From Anaerolineales bacterium (GTDB lineage: Bacteria > Chloroflexota > Anaerolineae > Anaerolineales > Villigracilaceae): a stretch of 64,000 nt of DNA. Under the pieces are notes generated by a model. It saw nothing but the letters and a program-made list of their open reading frames with translations, searched no databases and had not been told where the DNA came from. The stretch covers positions 844 to 64,843 of the forward strand of contig JACKAW010000011.1 of assembly GCA_020634885.1 (NCBI GenBank), written 5' to 3'. Position numbers and translations under genes: made by a program. Below are positions 26,101 through 33,688 of this stretch, piece after piece. Numbering within the stretch: the stretch's first letter is position 1; every line of letters begins with the position of its first letter.

Positions 26101-29006
26101 GAGTTCCAGGCGATTTCGCGTGTCTGGGCGTCGTCATTATTAAATGTGCCGACGATGGGTGAATCTTTCGGGATGGACATGAGCGCCCCAAAACGGACAA
26201 TATTCGTTGGGTCGCCTTCCACATAGGGTGCAATGGACTGTCCGGCGTTCAATCGAATACGATACGAACGAACGGTACTCCAATCGGTGATACCGGATCC
26301 GTCGTCCCAGACATTGTTACACGCGGATGGCACAAGGTTGCCAGACGGCTGGTTGAACACCTCGGGTCGGCATGGGTTGGTTGTGAGGTTGTATTCGATG
26401 GTGAAATTAGAGGCATTTAAACCCGCGCCACCCAAAAAGGAAAGAGGACCTGTCATCACTGGGCGGAATTCAGAATCTCTTGGCGTGCTTTCCAAAGTGC
26501 CGCCAGAGCCGCGATCCCCATAGTAGGGCAAAATATCGTACAGCACATAATTAAGCATGGGGACGTTGCCATCATTGAAGATGCGCAACTGGTATTCAAA
26601 ATCATCGAGTGTGGCGCTGCCGGGCGGCGGTGAAACGAACTGCCCTGGGTTTAGCGCGCCTTCAGGATAGGCTTGTGAGATACAGGGGTAACGGGTAAAA
26701 GGGTTGCTGCCCGATAAACCAACTGTACCGCCATCGGGGCAGGAGGCATCTGGCGCAAAGGTATCTTTATTAACTACAACACTGTTCAATGGATCAATAC
26801 TGCGTATCCATTTTTCGCCGCGTAAGGCAGCAGAACGATCCACGATATAGACATCTGTAGCTCGGCAGGTGTTTTCTGTCGTGTTGCCGTCGCCATCAAT
26901 GTTTGTAGAATCCGTCAGGGTTGTGCCTGTTTCGCAGCGGACTTCGGTTGAGTCGGTTGCCACTTGAATGGTGTTGGTGCGCGAGCCGTGAATCTGTCCG
27001 CTGGGGATGCGGGCGAAAAATTCCACGGTAAGGAGGTTGCTGCCCAGTACATTTTCATTCACGGTCAAGCCAGAAAATTCCCAACGGAGGGTGTTGCCAG
27101 CCCCGGGGTTGGGTCCGCTTTGGGCGAAGGTGACAGATGCTCCTGGCGGAAGAGCCGATCCATTCAAGCGGGCATCTCCTGCACGGACGAAGACCAAGTC
27201 ACTGGGGAGAGTATCCACAATGGTAGGATCTACGAGGGGTTCCGAGGAGCGCTCGGTCATATCTATGGTGAGTACATAGCGAAGGGTATCGCCCGGCAGG
27301 ATGGTCGTATCGGATGTGAAGGTGTTGATGAGCGGGTCTTCTGCTGAATCCCATGATGCGCCTGGAGTTTCTGCTTTACTTACATTCAGGCTTACATAAT
27401 CGCCCTGCACGGTCATATCTTCGTTGGAGCATGGATCTATTACCGAACCGCCTGAATTGGTGCGGGTCAGGTAAACGCAGTTATCGTATGTGTCACCGAT
27501 CACAGCCGCTGGCAACGGAGCGCCATCATCTGCTGTGGTTGCTGTAGCGCGCGGCGTAACCCGGATCTGCGGCTGGGTGGTAAACGACCAAACATAGGGC
27601 AAGCCGGGCAGGTAGCTTGCACTTACATCGTCAAAATATTCAAAGCGCCAGCGCACGTTGGTGATGTTGGCTGGCAGGTTGGCAGGCGCGCCGGTCGTAT
27701 AGGTGGCAGCCGTGTTGTAGCTGACGGGCTGCCCGGGGAGGGTGGTAACCCAATTGCTGCCGTTATCGGTGGAATATTCCACATAAGCACGCACATTACT
27801 AAATGAAGAAGACCATTGTCCACTGGTTATGCTGGTTACCTGTAGTTCGGGGGGCAGGTTATCTATGAGGGTGACATCATTGGAAGGGTAGTTTGTTCCA
27901 TTAGTATTTAAGTTCAAACTAAAACGAGCCGTACCGGTAATACCAACAGGATCTCCTGAATCTGTTTTTGAATAATCAGGAACATCCTGAATAGGGACAA
28001 TATCATGGGTAAGGTCAGTGGGTGTTGGCGCAAAGCAATCTGGGCAGGGGTTGCCACCTGAATCGACATAACTCGCGGTAACGCTTGCCGAGTTTGTCAG
28101 GTTACTGCCTGTAGAATAGAATGGGGTCGGATAAATAAGGGTTACATAGCGATCAATACAACTTGGTGGAAAAAGAGGACCGGCAACAGAGGGCCAGGTA
28201 ACAACCCCAGCGCTTTCGGTGCCCCCATCAGATGCCGAAACAAAAGTAACATTCGGGGGTAAATTATCCGTTATTACAATGTTACTAAGATCGGCAATAC
28301 CGCCAGAGGGCGGGGTGATGGGACAAAGCCGTAAGCGGTAGGTCACTTCGGTATCTACTGCGGGTTCGATCACTGGAGCCACACGCGTCTTGCTTAAAGC
28401 CCAGCTTGGAGATACGGTTCCAATCGATATAGGCGGAGCGGAAGCAGGGGTTGAGTTTTGCACACCGACTGGACCCGGAGGGTCAATCCAACCAGTGACT
28501 TCGTTATCGATGGTTGCAGGCAATGGTCGGAAATCTGAGGCAACTTTTACGACAATGACAGCATCGTACTGGGTTCCATCGATGAGGTCGTCATCGTCTT
28601 TTGTGATCGTTACTGTATTGGTTCCGCTGTTGTAGTTTATGCTAAAGCCGCTTGGCACAGATGAATTTGGGGGCGGCAGGTATTGCAAACCACTTTGAAG
28701 CGTATCACTGATCTCCATTTCACCGCAGGAGGTTGTAAGGCTGCTGCATTCCCAGCGAATTCTGTAGCGAATGGTATCCCCGACCTGAACCGTGCTGACA
28801 TTATCATCCACTGTTTTGGTGAGGATCAGTTGCGGTTCACCGGCACGCAGGGGGCTGTTTTCGGCGCCGAATGAACTTATCTCATCGTTTGGCGAAACAT
28901 CCCCTGGCTCTGCCTGTACAGGAGGAAGAAAGATGGACTGCCCCGCCAGAAGCCCAAGCAAGATGAAAATTTGAAAATATCTTTTAAATGAATTTTTTTG
29001 GCTCAT
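20103..29006 (-). CDS. Giant secreted repeat protein (2,967 aa): signal peptide, DUF11-type repeat domains, eight SdrD B-type modules, and a C-terminal fused sortase domain
   Basis: Signal peptide MSQKNSFKRYFQIFILLGLLAGQSIFLPPVQA. DUF11-like blocks are present (LTKTVD..V.VGDTIRYRI). There are 8 modules of the form GN[RY][VL]W[FYR]D...TD..GYY.F.NL..G.Y.V...DFGF. The C-terminus reads KMPATGF..., GNSVLTAHV, LTLITC, FRRLVR (sortase His/Cys/Arg). I prefer the ATG at 29006 over the TTG at 29021. Confidence 0.85.
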   Translation of the reverse strand: MSQKNSFKRYFQIFILLGLLAGQSIFLPPVQAEPGDVSPNDEISSFGAENSPLRAGEPQLILTKTVDDNVSTVQVGDTIRYRIRWECSSLTTSCGEMEISDTLQSGLQYLPPPNSSVPSGFSINYNSGTNTVTITKDDDDLIDGTQYDAVIVVKVASDFRPLPATIDNEVTGWIDPPGPVGVQNSTPASAPPISIGTVSPSWALSKTRVAPVIEPAVDTEVTYRLRLCPITPPSGGIADLSNIVITDNLPPNVTFVSASDGGTESAGVVTWPSVAGPLFPPSCIDRYVTLIYPTPFYSTGSNLTNSASVTASYVDSGGNPCPDCFAPTPTDLTHDIVPIQDVPDYSKTDSGDPVGITGTARFSLNLNTNGTNYPSNDVTLIDNLPPELQVTSITSGQWSSSFSNVRAYVEYSTDNGSNWVTTLPGQPVSYNTAATYTTGAPANLPANITNVRWRFEYFDDVSASYLPGLPYVWSFTTQPQIRVTPRATATTADDGAPLPAAVIGDTYDNCVYLTRTNSGGSVIDPCSNEDMTVQGDYVSLNVSKAETPGASWDSAEDPLINTFTSDTTILPGDTLRYVLTIDMTERSSEPLVDPTIVDTLPSDLVFVRAGDARLNGSALPPGASVTFAQSGPNPGAGNTLRWEFSGLTVNENVLGSNLLTVEFFARIPSGQIHGSRTNTIQVATDSTEVRCETGTTLTDSTNIDGDGNTTENTCRATDVYIVDRSAALRGEKWIRSIDPLNSVVVNKDTFAPDASCPDGGTVGLSGSNPFTRYPCISQAYPEGALNPGQFVSPPPGSATLDDFEYQLRIFNDGNVPMLNYVLYDILPYYGDRGSGGTLESTPRDSEFRPVMTGPLSFLGGAGLNASNFTIEYNLTTNPCRPEVFNQPSGNLVPSACNNVWDDGSGITDWSTVRSYRIRLNAGQSIAPYVEGDPTNIVRFGALMSIPKDSPIVGTFNNDDAQTREIAWNSFAHVGSYLDPSLNLRDLLASEPRKVGITIPERFSIGNRVWRDSDNSGTINPPDDTNPGIAGVTVNLYNAADTTTPIATMTTDSGGYYLFSNLPAGDYVVGIPASNFATPSDPLYGLRSSTGTPSSATYTNPPDANPDSSDHGIDSTAVLPAPSTEVFSATIPLSSDNEQKNESDLSSNDRDGPAATRRGLNGEKDGNSDLTVDFGFFGGSDVAFSIGNYLWYDDGTGGGTLNNGIRDAGELPVAGARVELYRDGNGSGTAEGNEYIRFDVTDANGFYLFDNLDPGTYFVLVAPGNFQDTFDPDGAGSMPSANGVLRGWYSSQPTGTETSDVNGGTTTAEIDVDDNGENTDTPEATGVFSGPIVLTRDVLFPEPTGETHLSNQPDPDGNPATLNLGINPTEYDGVNSRGRYLETDATSNLTIDFGFIPPMSLGNRVWFDSGAGETTFRSGFNNSIQDGTEPGVSGVRVELWSDTNGTPGLQVGGATPDTNIRYETTDANGYYLFDRIQPGTDYYIHIPASNFAAGQPLRNYISSTDTTPLTAPADDEDKDDNGVDNNNPATNGISSTVIVMAYGTEPQTTPTGETDLSSNTTLYGTNNVGLYGQTDTNSNLTMDFGFVRRPRSLGNYLWFDTGAGTNTNNGVFDTADETPVANALVRLYLDNNNDGIPDDRGTLGDTTDDWVAWDVTDANGYYLFDNLPPNRYILAVDADNFDAGGTYSALVGYTSSTDHVDNAANNTDSLDNGIDRLNPTPTGSPYGIISTTVNFSGATLSGVPTGETGSGDTTTTLGFNPTAGDGPNSRGRYGEADNYSDLTLDFGFVETYALGNRVWFDTDNNSLMDTGEVGVSNVEVALYHADASGNPTTPVIANGSPRVTTTNANGYYLFDYLAPGDYVVVITAANFNTGGALNGYWSSATTMQADGTTTETAAPDPDLGPDGIVGGGDDDKDLDDNGTLQTGVTLPGAVISSAVTIGPNGLTEPTAETDLNGGSQGDQPDGRANMTVDFGFYRTEIGNLVFADLDKDGTFNNSDTPIQGVSVNLYASNAAGTTTTLLDTTTTDINGHYSFIGWPAGNYIVSVDISSGASSTRDDYDANDSASPDWNTDDNDNGVGVGNGEVFSNVLTMTAGGGTKPDTSAKTNIQALNANGTTTDNTVDFGVVTTVYALGNRVWFDTDNDSDITPGEVGVNGVLVELYAASDLSTVLSTDTTTNGGYYLFDNLAAGDYVVAVAASNFNSGGVLYGYWSSATSMQSDGTTTETAAPDPDLGPDGVAGGGDDDKDSDDNGTLSGGRVLSLAVTLGPNNSEPTGETDLETGVGQGSNPDARANMTVDFGFYRVSVGDLVFIDVDSSGDYNSGDTLLADAIVQLYASDGVTEITVGSGTMTTLIDGKYIFTGLPQGDYIVKVTPPVGYVGTVDTFDAVDTTTPDTNTNDNDNGVGENYGAAYSNAIPLTAGSVGAKTENTVTNSNGTTYNPTADFGFRSDNGMSKTIITTSEAHTTGADVTIGEVVTYRISISLPLGIALTDVKVTDVMDKGLAFVDCSSVMVAGVDMTASVCPAPPPAPPASPVVSAVVNAGDSPTNPANPGRQVEFSLGDISAQTTPQTIVIQYRAVVLNVVENVNDVTLNNAVTWSFTGGSFETSAPNVRVIEPNMAILKTANVTQNVPLGTPIEFTIVINHTSPASRADAFDVVVQDIIQAELQYVECTVQYIAGLAPDTPASDYCNPGSTTTDLVFNWASFPLGQTSTIRFTAVLVGTPATNVAFVEWTSLEIDPDILTGNPIELSAYNSRSTERWYDPPSGLDLYSNSSALTINPVNVNDEESGDKLKKMPATGFAPGKVTLLPEQTEAQAYSQFGDIWLEIPALNVKEPIVGVPQLNGEWDVKWLENNIGWLNGTAFPSWEGNSVLTAHVTNASGLDGPFSDLKQLVYGDQIIVHMNGSKYIFEVRKQKLVHPDTTAYAFESLKDHSYLTLITCQTYNPSNDTYLFRRLVRAVLVRVEDE

Positions 29007-29172
29007 TGAAAACTCTCTCAATCGTCCGCCTGTATTAAAAGAACTTGAATTTCCTTTTAAAATTCAAACGTTCTTTAGGCATATCCGCGTTTTGTGGGTG
29101 TGGGCGGCTGATCAACCCTTTGGAGGGCAAATTGCGCCATGATCTTTTGCAGGGCGCAACAGTTCTTATGTA

Positions 29173-29201
29173 ATTCTAAGGCAATAAAGAAAACGAGTCA
29201 A
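29173..29201 (-). promoter_or_regulatory. Candidate sigma-70 promoter of the giant gene
   Basis: On the minus strand, TTGACT-17 nt-TAGAAT lies about 165 nt upstream of the ATG. Confidence 0.4.
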
Positions 29202-29295
29202 TTTAACAAGGGTATGTTATTCATGGGTTTCTCAAAGTCTTAAACCTTAACGCGAGGGGTCGTTTTTTTTACCTACCCCACCTTGGCTGCCAATC

Positions 29296-29368
29296 GGATA
29301 TGGGGTATGTCTACTTTGCCAGCAGCTCGTATGACGATTATTTCACAGTGGAATTGGGAGTCCCGTAA
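29296..29368 (+). pseudogene. Remnant of the 3' end of a CAP-domain lipoprotein gene (copy of 13712-13786)
   Basis: It encodes ...GYVYFASSSYDDYFTVELGVP*, against ...GVGYAYYANGSYGDYFAVELGSP* at the end of the 12758-13786 gene. No upstream coding sequence is present. Confidence 0.75.
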
Positions 29369-29564
29369 AAAGAGGTTTATTTTTAAGCGGGGCAGCAGGT
29401 TGCAGATTAGCGGGCGGGTTATTCTTTGTCGGAGGTGCGGCTTCTGTTTGCAAAACGTCACTAACTGTTTCTTCAGCAGTTGATTCTGTTGCAGAGGCAG
29501 AGGCAGAGCCAGGCAGGTTGCAGGCAGAGAGGAGAAGCGCAAAAAACAAAATATATTTTTTCAT
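29343..29564 (-). pseudogene. Truncated paralog of the SGNH hydrolase lipoprotein gene (signal peptide and linker only)
   Basis: MKKYILFFALLLSACNLPGSA...NNPPANLQPAAPL parallels residues 1-60 of the 13823-14692 product. The catalytic domain is deleted and the frame runs into the antisense of the CAP remnant. The upstream region 29565-29625 is also homologous to 14693-14760. Confidence 0.75.
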
Positions 29565-29753
29565 GAAATGTCCTCAAATAATGTTTCTTCAAACTGCACA
29601 GAAAAGAGTTCCTTGTAAGGTGTTTGCAAATCACTTGCAAACACTATGCAAACTTAAGCGGTTGCTTTTGGTATTACGCAGCTATAAAATAAGTGCAATG
29701 AAATTGTAATTTTTTTCACAATTTGATAATTACGATAAACAAAGGAGCCTTTC

Positions 29754-30350
29754 ATGAAAAAGTTTTTGTTTGCAAGTTTATTTGCACTAGCCTTTCTTTC
29801 TTTGGCTACAGTCCCTGCTTTTGCGGGATCGGTTGTTGGTTTGAGTGTCAGCAACGGCGGCGGCGGACCCACCTTTGTCTTCACAGTCACTGGTGAGTTT
29901 TCACCCAGCGAACTCACCAGTGGGTTTGTACAGGTCGGAGACAAAACCTTCCAACTCAATTGTGTTCAGAAGGACGCCAGCACGGTTGTGTGCCATGCCC
30001 CCAAAAAAGCAGAGGGCAATGTCTTCATTAGTTTTGGTGGCGCACGCTTCTGGACCGATGTGCCGGAAATACCCGTACCCGACGTACAAGAACCTTCGCC
30101 TAGTAGCGGCTATTGCTACCCCGTAATTGATTTTCCGACAGATGACCAATATTTCAATCAGGGTATTGATGATTGGGTTTTGCAAGGAACTAATTGTCAG
30201 GACGCGCCCGCAGTTGATAAGGATACAATTGAGTTCTACTCACAAAATTATGACGAGACACGTCCGTATGGTTATTTGGAAGATGGTTGGGAATGGCCTG
30301 GAGGAGCCCACAATAACAACCCCGGTTCAGGGTACTATATTTGGTATTAG
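29754..30350 (+). CDS. Hypothetical secreted protein (6 Cys)
   Basis: Signal peptide MKKFLFASLFALAFLSLATVPAFA. AGGAG RBS. No recognisable family motif. Confidence 0.6.
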   Translation: MKKFLFASLFALAFLSLATVPAFAGSVVGLSVSNGGGGPTFVFTVTGEFSPSELTSGFVQVGDKTFQLNCVQKDASTVVCHAPKKAEGNVFISFGGARFWTDVPEIPVPDVQEPSPSSGYCYPVIDFPTDDQYFNQGIDDWVLQGTNCQDAPAVDKDTIEFYSQNYDETRPYGYLEDGWEWPGGAHNNNPGSGYYIWY

Positions 30351-30357
30351 GATAAAT

Positions 30358-30391
30358 AAAAAGCCCTGCCTAAAAAGGCAGGGCTTTTTTT
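30358..30391. terminator. Bidirectional terminator
   Basis: aaaaagccctgcc-taaaaa-ggcagggcttttttt. Confidence 0.8.
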
Positions 30392-30392
30392 A

Positions 30393-31445
30393 TTACCTCC
30401 CCCACCTTGGCTGCCAATCGGAGATGGGACTGTTCGTCAGGCGGGTCAGCCCTGTTCCATCGGGGTGGATGATGTAGAGTTCGTTGTTGCCGTCACGGAA
30501 GGAGGTGAAGACGATCCAGTTGCCGTCGGGTGACCAGGACGGACCGAGGTTGTCGCCGCCATCGGTGAGTTTGACCAAATCGGTGCCATCTACATTGATG
30601 ATGTAGATGTTGCGGTCCCCCTGCTCACCGCGATAAAAGGCAAGGCGGGTTCCATCCGGCGACCAGGTGTTACGTCCGCCCATGTTGCTGAGGTTGGTCA
30701 CTTGCTGAATGTTTGAACCGTCGGCATTCATCACGAATAACTGACGCGCGCCCGCACGGGAGGATGCAAAGGAGATCATCGAACCATCCGGCGACCAGGT
30801 GGGGTCGATATCGTCTTTGGTGGTGAGTGCGTGCGGATTTTTTCCATCGGGGCGCATGAGCCAGAGTCCGCTGCCGTTGTTGGTGAAGATGACCCATTCC
30901 CCATCCGGCGAGAGTTCGGGGGCGTAGAGAGAGCCGATATTATTCGTTAGTCTGGTCAGGTTGTTCCCGGTTATGTCCATTGAATAAATTTCAAAATTGC
31001 CGCTCTCGCGTGAAGAGAAAAAGATGGTCTGCCCATCAGGCGATACGGAGGGATAAAAAGCAGTGGCGCTGAAATTGGTGAGTTGGACACGTCCGCTGCC
31101 ATCGGCATTGAGCAGGCAGATCTGGTCGATCTGATTTATGTAGCAGGCGAAGGCGATTTTTCCACTTGGCGGCGGGGTGTCATTGAAGGAAGGCTGAGGC
31201 GAAGGGATAAACTCAATGGTTGGAATCAACTCAAGGGTAGGTTGAGGCGCGGCAGAATCGGTAGGGGTGAAAAAGGGTTCAGCAGTGGGTGAGGCTTCGA
31301 GAGGCTGGTCAGGCAGAGGTGTGGGTGCTTCCACCGGTTCTTTCGCAACGACGATGATGGCATACCCAATGAGCAGGAATAAACAGAGGAAAGCAATTCC
31401 CAAACCGATAAGAGCTGCCGATTCTAAAAAAGTAAGTTTTCTCAT
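30393..31445 (-). CDS. Membrane-anchored PD40/TolB-like beta-propeller repeat protein
   Basis: Repeated ...P.WSPDG..I.F.S.R.G...I... (PD40) units, about 6 in total. N-terminal TM anchor. I prefer the start at the second Met (31445) because the first Met lies inside the 31454-31480 hairpin. Confidence 0.8.
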   Translation of the reverse strand: MRKLTFLESAALIGLGIAFLCLFLLIGYAIIVVAKEPVEAPTPLPDQPLEASPTAEPFFTPTDSAAPQPTLELIPTIEFIPSPQPSFNDTPPPSGKIAFACYINQIDQICLLNADGSGRVQLTNFSATAFYPSVSPDGQTIFFSSRESGNFEIYSMDITGNNLTRLTNNIGSLYAPELSPDGEWVIFTNNGSGLWLMRPDGKNPHALTTKDDIDPTWSPDGSMISFASSRAGARQLFVMNADGSNIQQVTNLSNMGGRNTWSPDGTRLAFYRGEQGDRNIYIINVDGTDLVKLTDGGDNLGPSWSPDGNWIVFTSFRDGNNELYIIHPDGTGLTRLTNSPISDWQPRWGR

Positions 31446-31453
31446 ATAAGTTT

Positions 31454-31480
31454 GTAGGTCACGCATAATGCGTGACCTAC
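31454..31480. repeat. Perfect 11-bp-stem hairpin of the GTAGG-flanked family
   Basis: gtaggtcacgc-ataat-gcgtgacctac. Confidence 0.85.
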
Positions 31481-31484
31481 GTAT

Positions 31485-33566
31485 TTACTTCAAAATAATT
31501 CTGTTCCAGTCCATGAGAGGTTTGAGGTTTTCAGTGGGTGCCTCACCCTCGGGCACATAACCGACGAAAGAGCGGTTGTAGTTATCTTCGGTGCCGTCGT
31601 CGAGGTTCCAGCGCAGGGTGTTGCGGAAGATGCCGAGGCAGGAGGTTCCGGCGAAGTCGTCGGGCAGGGAGGTTTCAAAGGTGTAGACGTAGGTGCCGTC
31701 GGCGGTGTCGGTCACTTCGATGACGGTGGCTTCATGGATCCAGCGTAGCCATTGGTTTTGTGTGGATTTTTGTTTGTTGGCATCAATGGTGGTGCGGGTG
31801 CGCGTTAAACCTTTGTAACTCCACGGCACAACCGGCGGTGGGGCGTTCTTTCCGGCTTTGGGGGCTGGGCGTTTGCCAAGAAATTCAGCGGGTAGAAGTC
31901 CGTTGCCGTTTTCATCTTGTGTGGCTTTGGGAATTTGCCAAACACTCGGTTCGCTGTTGACGAAGCGCAGCCAGAAGATGCTCGCGCCTTGTGTGTAGTG
32001 CTTTGCTTCGGTGGGTTTGATGAAGTAACAGCCGGGCGTTTTTTCGGCGGCGAGTTTTACATAACGCGCGGCGTTATCGGTCAGCCCGCCGGGGGGGAGG
32101 TGCCCGCGAATGTGTTGGGAATGTTCTGCTGTTTCGTTACAGACTGCGCGCGTAACAATGACCTCGTGGGTGCGTCCATGCTCGGGACGCCACATGCCGG
32201 TGTTATCGGTTGCCCATTTGCTGAAAAGTTGAAAGAGCGGGTCGGCAAAGCGGATCTTGTCTTCTTCGGCAGTGAAGGTTTCCCAGCCTGCGTCGGTGAC
32301 GTGGTTGACGCGCAGGGGGGTGAGCATGACGATCCACTTCCATGCCCAGGCGGGAAGCTGATTCTTCATCGCCTCTAACTTGACCAGGGCTTGGTCGGTG
32401 GTCATGGACATGTACTCGTATTTGACCTCTTCTCCTGCCAGGGCGGCAAGACTGGCGCGTTTGGTTTTGGGTCCATTCGCTTTGACGCCCGTCATGTGCA
32501 TGGCGGCTTTGTCTTTCCATTTTTTGTCGGCGGTTTTGGCAAGGGCGGGTTTGTTCGCGTCACTGCCTTCGTATTGAGAAATCTTTTGCGCGCACTGGGC
32601 GGCAACATCGGCATCGCTAAGGGCGGCTTGCTGTTTTTCAACCTCCGCCATGCGCAGGCGCACCAGCAGGTCTTTGGGGTCTGCCCATGAGCCGTGCGCT
32701 GATTTGTAGCGCATCCCTGAGAAATGAATGACCATGTATCGCAGCCAGATTGGAAAGCGTTTCGGCTCTTTCTCAAAACGTGCGCGGATATCATCCAGCA
32801 ACAGGTACTGGTCTTTGCCTTCGAGGGTTTTGGTGAATTGCTCCACCTTTAGGCGCACAATATCTTTAACCGTGACGGGGGTCTTTGGGTCGTACTTGAG
32901 CAAAAATTCTTCTTCGGTGACGGCGTAGTTCGGGTCGGCTTTCTTGAGCTTGTACCACTCCAGTTTGGGTCCTTCCACTTTGTTGTAAGTTTCGTCAAAC
33001 TGGCGCAGTTTTTCCATCTCGTCCAACAACATGGGCAGGGATGATGCGGTCTTGATCTTGTATTCGGCTTCCACAGTGGAACGCTTCGGGTGATCTGGCA
33101 GCATCCCTTCGAGCATACGCTGCAAGTAGCGGATGCGGTCACGCAAGAATCCGAGTTGGGTTTTCAGCGATTCCATGCGCATTTGAATAAATCCACGTTC
33201 GCCGCGAATATCCTTGGGCCATGAGGTAATGAAAAGGTCGTGATTCTTTTGAATTTGCGCCATGGCGTCATCTTCAAATGGTTTGTATTTAATGAAGAGC
33301 GTGCTCACATCCTTGGTCATGAAGTAGCTTTTCAGGCTGGTGTATTTTTTAAATTCGGTCAGGCGGGCAAGGTCCATGCCGTCGTCATATTCCTTTACCT
33401 CTGCCGCGAGGGTGGAAATATCCTTGTCCTTGTACTGTATCCACAGGTCAACTTCCTTGTAGAAGATGAGAAAGTCGCGCAGTTTTGGCAGGCGCATGGG
33501 GTAAATATCTTTAAGTAATTGGGGGTTTTGCCATTGGAAGTTGTAAGTTGTTGTCAATTTCATCAT
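31485..33566 (-). CDS. Hypothetical 693-aa cytoplasmic protein with no recognisable motif
   Basis: Long uninterrupted ORF with coding-like composition. GAAAGGA RBS before the tandem ATG ATG. No signal peptide or TM segment. I could not identify a family signature. Confidence 0.6.
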   Translation of the reverse strand: MMKLTTTYNFQWQNPQLLKDIYPMRLPKLRDFLIFYKEVDLWIQYKDKDISTLAAEVKEYDDGMDLARLTEFKKYTSLKSYFMTKDVSTLFIKYKPFEDDAMAQIQKNHDLFITSWPKDIRGERGFIQMRMESLKTQLGFLRDRIRYLQRMLEGMLPDHPKRSTVEAEYKIKTASSLPMLLDEMEKLRQFDETYNKVEGPKLEWYKLKKADPNYAVTEEEFLLKYDPKTPVTVKDIVRLKVEQFTKTLEGKDQYLLLDDIRARFEKEPKRFPIWLRYMVIHFSGMRYKSAHGSWADPKDLLVRLRMAEVEKQQAALSDADVAAQCAQKISQYEGSDANKPALAKTADKKWKDKAAMHMTGVKANGPKTKRASLAALAGEEVKYEYMSMTTDQALVKLEAMKNQLPAWAWKWIVMLTPLRVNHVTDAGWETFTAEEDKIRFADPLFQLFSKWATDNTGMWRPEHGRTHEVIVTRAVCNETAEHSQHIRGHLPPGGLTDNAARYVKLAAEKTPGCYFIKPTEAKHYTQGASIFWLRFVNSEPSVWQIPKATQDENGNGLLPAEFLGKRPAPKAGKNAPPPVVPWSYKGLTRTRTTIDANKQKSTQNQWLRWIHEATVIEVTDTADGTYVYTFETSLPDDFAGTSCLGIFRNTLRWNLDDGTEDNYNRSFVGYVPEGEAPTENLKPLMDWNRIILK

Positions 33567-33688
33567 CCTTTCGGGTTTCTATAACAGGCATCCCCATCTT
33601 CCCCGGGAATGCCTGTTAACTTTGCTCTTCATTTTACTGCCGTGTACGTACAAGTAATCAATAAATTACTCATTGTATAAGTCCTGCT

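Noticed and set aside
29007-29021. TTG at 29021 as the start of the giant gene (track start).
   Set aside because: The ATG five codons downstream (29006) yields a canonical signal peptide (MSQKNSFKRYFQIF...) and has a purine-rich GAGAGAG stretch upstream. The TTG extension adds only MREFS with no RBS.
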